From the NCBI RefSeq assembly GCF_009914755.1, contig NC_060935.1: a stretch of 64,000 nucleotides of DNA. The stretch is one strand, 5' to 3'. Under the pieces are notes generated by a model. It saw nothing but the letters and a program-made list of their open reading frames with translations, did not search any database and was not told the DNA's origin. This document shows, piece after piece, positions 58,219-64,000 of this stretch. The stretch comes from the human T2T-CHM13v2.0 reference genome, Homo sapiens. Each line of letters opens with the position of its first letter. Position 1 is the stretch's first letter. The position numbers and the translations under genes are program-made.

Positions 58219-58830
58219 AAAAGACTGAAAAAGAAATTTAGAAAAAATGAGGTCTTACAAGTTTCTATGAGAGAAAGAATAGTATAGTAAACCACTGTTA
58301 ACTAGCTGTGTGATCTTGGGCAGTTATTTAATCTCTCTGGGCCTTACATTTCCACATCTGTGAAAATGGGGATAACAATAGAACCTACTCTGAAAGATTT
58401 TTGTATGGAGTAAATGAATTAACATGCAGAATGTGCTTAAAACATAGGCACATTATGAAGACTTAATACTCATAGGCTCTTGTTATTCTTAAAGGTACAT
58501 TCTTCTTTAACAGAAATCACTCTAAAGATCTTATTCAGAAAAATACTTATTGGCATTTTTATTTAATTTAGCAAAAATATATTACTGATGCAAAGATGAA
58601 GAAGATATGCTGTCTTTCAGGACATCAAAGATATGCTGTCTCACAGCACGGATGGGAAGAAGACAGGGAGAAAAACATAATATAATAAATGGTATAATGG
58701 AAGCATTTACAACTTACTACTGAAACACCATCACTGGGAACAATTAATTTGGACAGAGGAACAGTTAGGTAGGCTTTACTCACAGTGAAGCCCCAGAAAG
58801 AGGCCCTTTGTTAACTAAAAGTTTAAAAAT

Positions 58831-59052
58831 AGCCAGGCACAGTGCAACATAGGGAGACCCTGTCTCTAAGACTTTTTTAAAAAAATTAGTCAGGCATGGT
58901 GACTCAAGCCTGTAATTTCAGCTATTCCAGAGGCTAAGGTGGGAGGATCACTTGTGCTCAGGAGTTCAAGGCTGAAGTGAGCTATGATTGTACCACGGCA
59001 CTCCAGCCTGGGCAAGAAAGCAAGATCCCATCTCTAAAAAAAAATAATAATA
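58831..59052 (+). mobile_element. AluJ-type element with an internal left-arm deletion
   Basis: gccaggcacagtg is joined directly to caacatagggagaccctgtctc. J-type right arm ggaggatcacttg..caggagttcaaggctgaagtgagctatgat. Confidence 0.85.
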
Positions 59053-60759
59053 ATTTTTTAAAAATCTAGCAGAATTCACACCAGTCCCTGCAATGAGGAA
59101 GCGTTTGGGCTAATGGAGTTTCTGTTCTGTATTTAGTAATATCTCTCCTTTCAGCCCATTCTTTTGGACTCGTACCCCTAGACTGTATTTCACAGAGCTA
59201 AGATGTTCACACTAAGGGCCAGTGTGGTGTTGAGAGTCTTAAGATTTATAAAATGCACCACTTCTCTGGAAAAGGAGAAATCACCCTTGGCTCTTCATGT
59301 AGGGAACAAGAACTTTCTTTTATCCTTTTTATTGTCAATTTAAAGATGACACAAAAAAAATGAAGGAAAAAATCTTTAAGCATTCACAGTACTAATTTAG
59401 GGGAGATTTTTCTAAATCTTAATATCTCCTCTGTGCCTGCCATAACACCCCTAGAAAACTCTCATTACATGATGTAAAATCACAGCTTTAGTTGGTTAAG
59501 AGGGCATAATTCCAAGTGGACCATGGAATATTTATGTCGCTATGCAGCTCTTTGAAGGAATAATCTTATGTTTTTATGCCTGTTGTGGGTCAGAGGTTCA
59601 AATCAGCACTTCTTTCTGTCACTTCTTATGTGTTTTACTATAATTTACAGCTCAGCAAGATGAATCATAAGACAAAAGTGTCTATTTTATTTCAGCAACT
59701 AATTCTAGTTAATCAAAGATTTCCAGCCCAGCAACCCAGCATGAAACTCTGCATGGAAAATATGAGGAGAACAAAGCATTTTGTCAAATAACATATCTCA
59801 TGATGTAAACACATATGTCTCTTAAAGGAAATTTTATCGTTTCCACATTATCGGCATACAAAAGGAGCATTCTTGTCACAGACCTGGTGCGACTGTGGAG
59901 TCATCGTCACTGGAAACAAGAGCCTGATTAGGTTCCCACACAGATATGAATAGACTTTCCTTTTTTAGAGGAATAGCTGCTTTTATTCCTTTTTAAAACA
60001 GACTGGTAATTGTCACCCTAAAAACACTGAATTGTACTAGGGCAACATTTGTTTCTGCTCTTTTTTCCCATCTTTTTAGAATCAGCCAATAACATTACTA
60101 TCCCTTCTGGTTGGTCCTCTTCTGGAAAGTCTGAGTTAATCCACAGCTGTGTGAATGTGAAAAAGGGACACAGCAGGCTAAGTCTGTTGGGTCTCTTGTC
60201 TGCTAATAAAGTGAACAGTCTGCAGGACAGATGTTAAGAGGATCTGTTAAATAAGTCAGTGGCAGAGATCCTGACCTCTGCCAAGGAACATTTTATTATT
60301 CCAGAAAGGGGCATAATTGCAAGGCATTAACAATTAGAAGAACCATAGCTTTTCTTTATAGATTTCTTACTTCTTGCTTCATTATTTGGTTGAAATACAG
60401 TATCAAGGCCCATTCACTGAGAAGCAATGTGCTAAATATGATTGGGCTTAGTATAAACTGCAGATTACAGGATTTCCCCAAATCCCCAGGAAATGGTTGG
60501 ACCTTGGCTTTGCTTCAGTCTTAAACAGTTTTGTTTATTCAGCATGTATCATTACACTATTTGTACAGTCTCATTTGCCACAGGGTACCATTGTACTAAA
60601 GGGACTATCAATCTTACCAAACACAGTGCCTTAACTATTAAATCTAGTGTAATGGGAAATGTAAACTAGAGATCAAATTAAGAGGAATATCACACCATAA
60701 AGTTGTTCACTATACCTTATACTACTTTACCATTTATGGTGTGAATAAAATCATGTCTA

Positions 60760-61285
60760 CCACATGCATTCCAAATTCCCTTGTGCAGTGTAAAAGGCAC
60801 TCTGTGATCTGACCCCTTGCATACCTTTCCAATTTCACCTATGATTGCTCCTGTACACTCAGGCTGTGCCAACTGTTTGTCGTTTCTGAATGTGCCGTGC
60901 TGTCTATTGCTTCTACACCTATGGGTAGCTATTCTCTTTGTCTGGAGTGCTTTTTCTCTTCTCTGCATCTTTGCCATTCTGCATCCTTCCCCATAAACCT
61001 GGGGAACTTATACCTCCTTTTAAGATTCAATTTTAACATCACCTTATCCATGAAGATTGCCAGTACTTCCCCAGGGGGAGCTAAGCACTTCCTCCTTTCA
61101 TAGCATTTCACTCGGGGAACACATCTATTTTAACAATTATCACATTGCTTACTAGATTGTGGGCCCTTCAGGGGCAAGAGTCAAATTCTCTTGATCTTAG
61201 TGTGCCCAAAATAGAAAAGAGTGCATACTACAGAGTAGGCACTTAATAAACATTTGAGGAATCAATCTATGAATGAACTAATTAA
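60760..61285 (+). mobile_element. L2 3' region
   Basis: ctagattgtgggccctt..ggggcaagag...cagagtaggcacttaataaacatttg..gaatgaa. Confidence 0.7.
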
Positions 61286-62394
61286 ATAATTACTCTTTTC
61301 ATCGTGTTAGCATAAGCTTATATTCTAGCTTTGTCACTGCTACCAGCACTGTAACAGGGTCTTACACTTTTAATGCCTTACTTTGTTTTGTTAATGAATA
61401 ATTTTCATTAGATTGGTATATTCGCTTGTGAAAAAAATATATCTCTACTAATACTGATCGCTCATTGACTCCCACTTAGAATAGGTAGGAGCATGAGATA
61501 TACTGTCCTCTTGGCCAATTCAGTTGAATTTAGTTAAATCTATGTACAAGAAGCAATCAAATTTAGTTATTTACACTGTTGGCTAACAATTCTATACATC
61601 TAAACCAGGCCACAGACTAGCTGTGTGGCTTTGGTCAAGTTAATCTATCTCTCTAGACCTCAGTTTCTTCAACTATAAAATTATAAGATTTATATAGCAC
61701 TTGACAGTGTATAAAGCACTTTTCACAAACATTTTCTTATGTATTCCTCACAACTTCCCTATGGGGGTATTTTTCCTAATCCCATTTGATAAAAGCTAGG
61801 TACCAGGAAGATTAATTTGTCCAAGCACATGGAACCAGTGGTAGAGTTGGGACTTGACCCTCAAAGCCTCTGAAGACCTTTCTAGCTCTGAAAGTCTATG
61901 GAATTGTACAATCTCATTGCCTATTTGTGAAGGCTTTATTTTCAATAACATGACATTTGTTTCATGATTAGTGGGAAATCTATGTTAAAGTACCCTAATT
62001 GTGGAGTGGCTGTCACTTCTTGCTAAAGAGCACTGTACTGGGCCTCATGCTTTTTGAAACCAGGAACAGTCATCAGGCATAGAAATTAGGACAAAAGGGT
62101 TTCAAACTGCCTATACACAATCACCTTGGGCAATCAATAAATCAGTATATATATGTACATACACACATGCTATACATACACACACATCTCAAATGATTAG
62201 CCCTATACTATCTGTTCCTATCACCTTAAAGTATTACTCATTTAATTTATTTCTTCCTCAGACTATTACTATAAGAGGGCAGTAATTTCTTAGCTTCATT
62301 GCTTAAAAGAGTACCTAAGGTACATAGTACATGTTCAATAAATATTTTTCAAATTAATGAATGAATAAGAGAGATACAAGCAGAAGAGTATGGA

Positions 62395-62560
62395 CAAACA
62401 TATTTATTGAGCATCTACCATGCAGCAGACACTGTACTAAGCAATTTGCTTATATTATCTCATTTAATCCTAACCCCAACCCTACTGAGGGGGTGTCATT
62501 ATCCCCAGTTCACAGACGAAGAGACTGAGGTTCACAGGAAATTAGCTCATGATCACTTAG
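62395..62560 (-). mobile_element. MIR (representative; further MIR relics near 9000, 10200, 11250, 13300, 13950, 18780, 20050, 20600, 26500, 27050, 29000-29350, 31550, 58300, 61650)
   Basis: atttattgagcatctaccatg..cactgtactaagc..tctcatttaatcct..ccccagttcacagacgaagagactgagg. Confidence 0.75.
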
Positions 62561-64000
62561 CTTTTTTAACTGCAGAATTCTTATGGAACCAAGAAGCACC
62601 ACTTTCCTGGAACCTCTAATCCATTCACCATTGTATAGACAGAGAACATGTAAGACAGCAAGCCAGCTGGTAAACCAAGGGTAGCATGTTGTTTCAATAA
62701 ATGGCTACAAATCATCATCTGATGATATATAGTCATCTTTCTGTTTCACAGTGGGGTATGTCTGTATTTGGCAATAGAGTTTCATTAATCAGGAAATGGA
62801 GGCAGAGGTAGATCTAAAATCAGGAGGGTTTGGTTGGATATAGGTGAATGATAGATGACTATTTTGTTCTGCATTTAAGAAATGCCTCTTTATCAACACC
62901 ATTGATAAATGAATGGAGAAGTGAAGAATTTCCACCCAAATTAGTCACATTTAGTCTTCTACTATTTCAACAAAGCTTCTGTCTCTTGGTCTCAGGATCT
63001 CACTCTCTTGCCTTCTCTATTGTGTTATGTCTGAGCCAATGACATAACTACACATTATGAATGTACTGCCTCTTGGGCCCTGGAACAAACCCCTATTTGG
63101 CCATGAAGAGGATGTTCTGAGCAGGTGAACAGCAACACTGAGAGAGGATATCTTTTTCTTTGTGAGCTAAGGAGCTCCTCAACTCTGGAGGGCAATCCCA
63201 GTATGGTGAGGACTGGTTGGGGCACATGCTCCATTCCAGTGACAGTAAGTGTTTCTCCTTTTCTTAAAAAAAAAAATTGCTTTTTTTAAAGCAGACCAAG
63301 TGATAAACTATTAAGAAGCTAAACTACCTTTCTTATAGAGTTTTTAAACTGAGCCTCTGAGAAGGAGTTTGATAAAATTCAATGAAGTAATACCTTTGTC
63401 CATTTGAGCATTAAATGGCCCATTGAAATACAGCTTAGATGGAGGGAATTTCAAAAGACAGTACTTTCCAATTTTTTTAGAAAATTTCTCTCCCAGCTGA
63501 CTAGAGCAGAGCTTACAAAATGCAGCTCAATCACTTTCCACAGTCTCTCAGGTCAGCCTCTCACCAGCGTTAATTAAATATAACCCCCTTAGAATACGAG
63601 AGGTTAAGTGAGAGCAACATAGCATTCTTATCCAATACATTACTGTGAACATAAATGACCATAATCTGTTTATAAGAAGACTTCTTTTAGCACAGAGGTC
63701 TCACTAATGAAAAATTATAAGAGGCAAAGCAACATAATGTGACAACTGTTCATCACAAAACACATTTTAAACTACCCATTTCCACATCCATTGTGCTTAA
63801 ATAACACATATCATAAAGAAAATTGGTGTAACAGATGGTTTCAGTTCTGGGTAGCAAATGCTACCAGTTTTCAGTGTGATAAAGGGAAACAGTAAAAGCC
63901 AGTACATAATTCAGGCAGTCTCTTACCTAAAGGTCTTCCTTCTCCTCAAGTTAGAGACACTTTCCCCACAAGCTTCAAGTTTTAGTATTTTTTCTTTTTT

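Noticed and set aside
60260-60283. 8-bp hairpin tggcagag-N8-ctctgcca
   Set aside because: Short enough to occur by chance in 64 kb

Overview
Human intronic DNA from the SOX6 locus (SoxD transcription factor), transcribed on the minus strand. A human-specific AluYb8 confirms the species. The window holds three internal coding exons (33867-33718, 27904-27721, 24667-24480). I recognised them by translation and GT-AG boundaries, and they splice in frame. The middle exon has no entry in the ORF track. They encode the region just N-terminal to the HMG box: two SUMO consensus sites, the PLNLSS CtBP motif and the second coiled coil. The flanking SOX6 exons are not in the window. The rest is AT-rich intron with Alus, L1s, MaLR/ERVL LTRs, DNA transposons, MIR/L2 relics and microsatellites. 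Almost all other ORFs in the track are repeat-derived or spurious. I found no new multi-gene system. The most notable observations are: (1) a compact L1 3'-transduction at 58004-58218; (2) a young AluYb8 nested in an MSTA LTR nested in an old near-full-length L1; (3) a THE1 element lacking its 5' LTR but with a perfect 5-bp TSD; (4) an in-frame 42-nt alternative donor and a CAGCAG tandem acceptor; (5) a phase-0/phase-0, 522-nt three-exon block that would form a stop-free circRNA; (6) a perfect 26-bp inverted repeat with a template-switch signature; (7) a recent 142-bp duplication in an old L1 5'UTR. Repeat subfamily names come from recalled consensus sequences, not a RepeatMasker run. Boundaries of old repeats are approximate.
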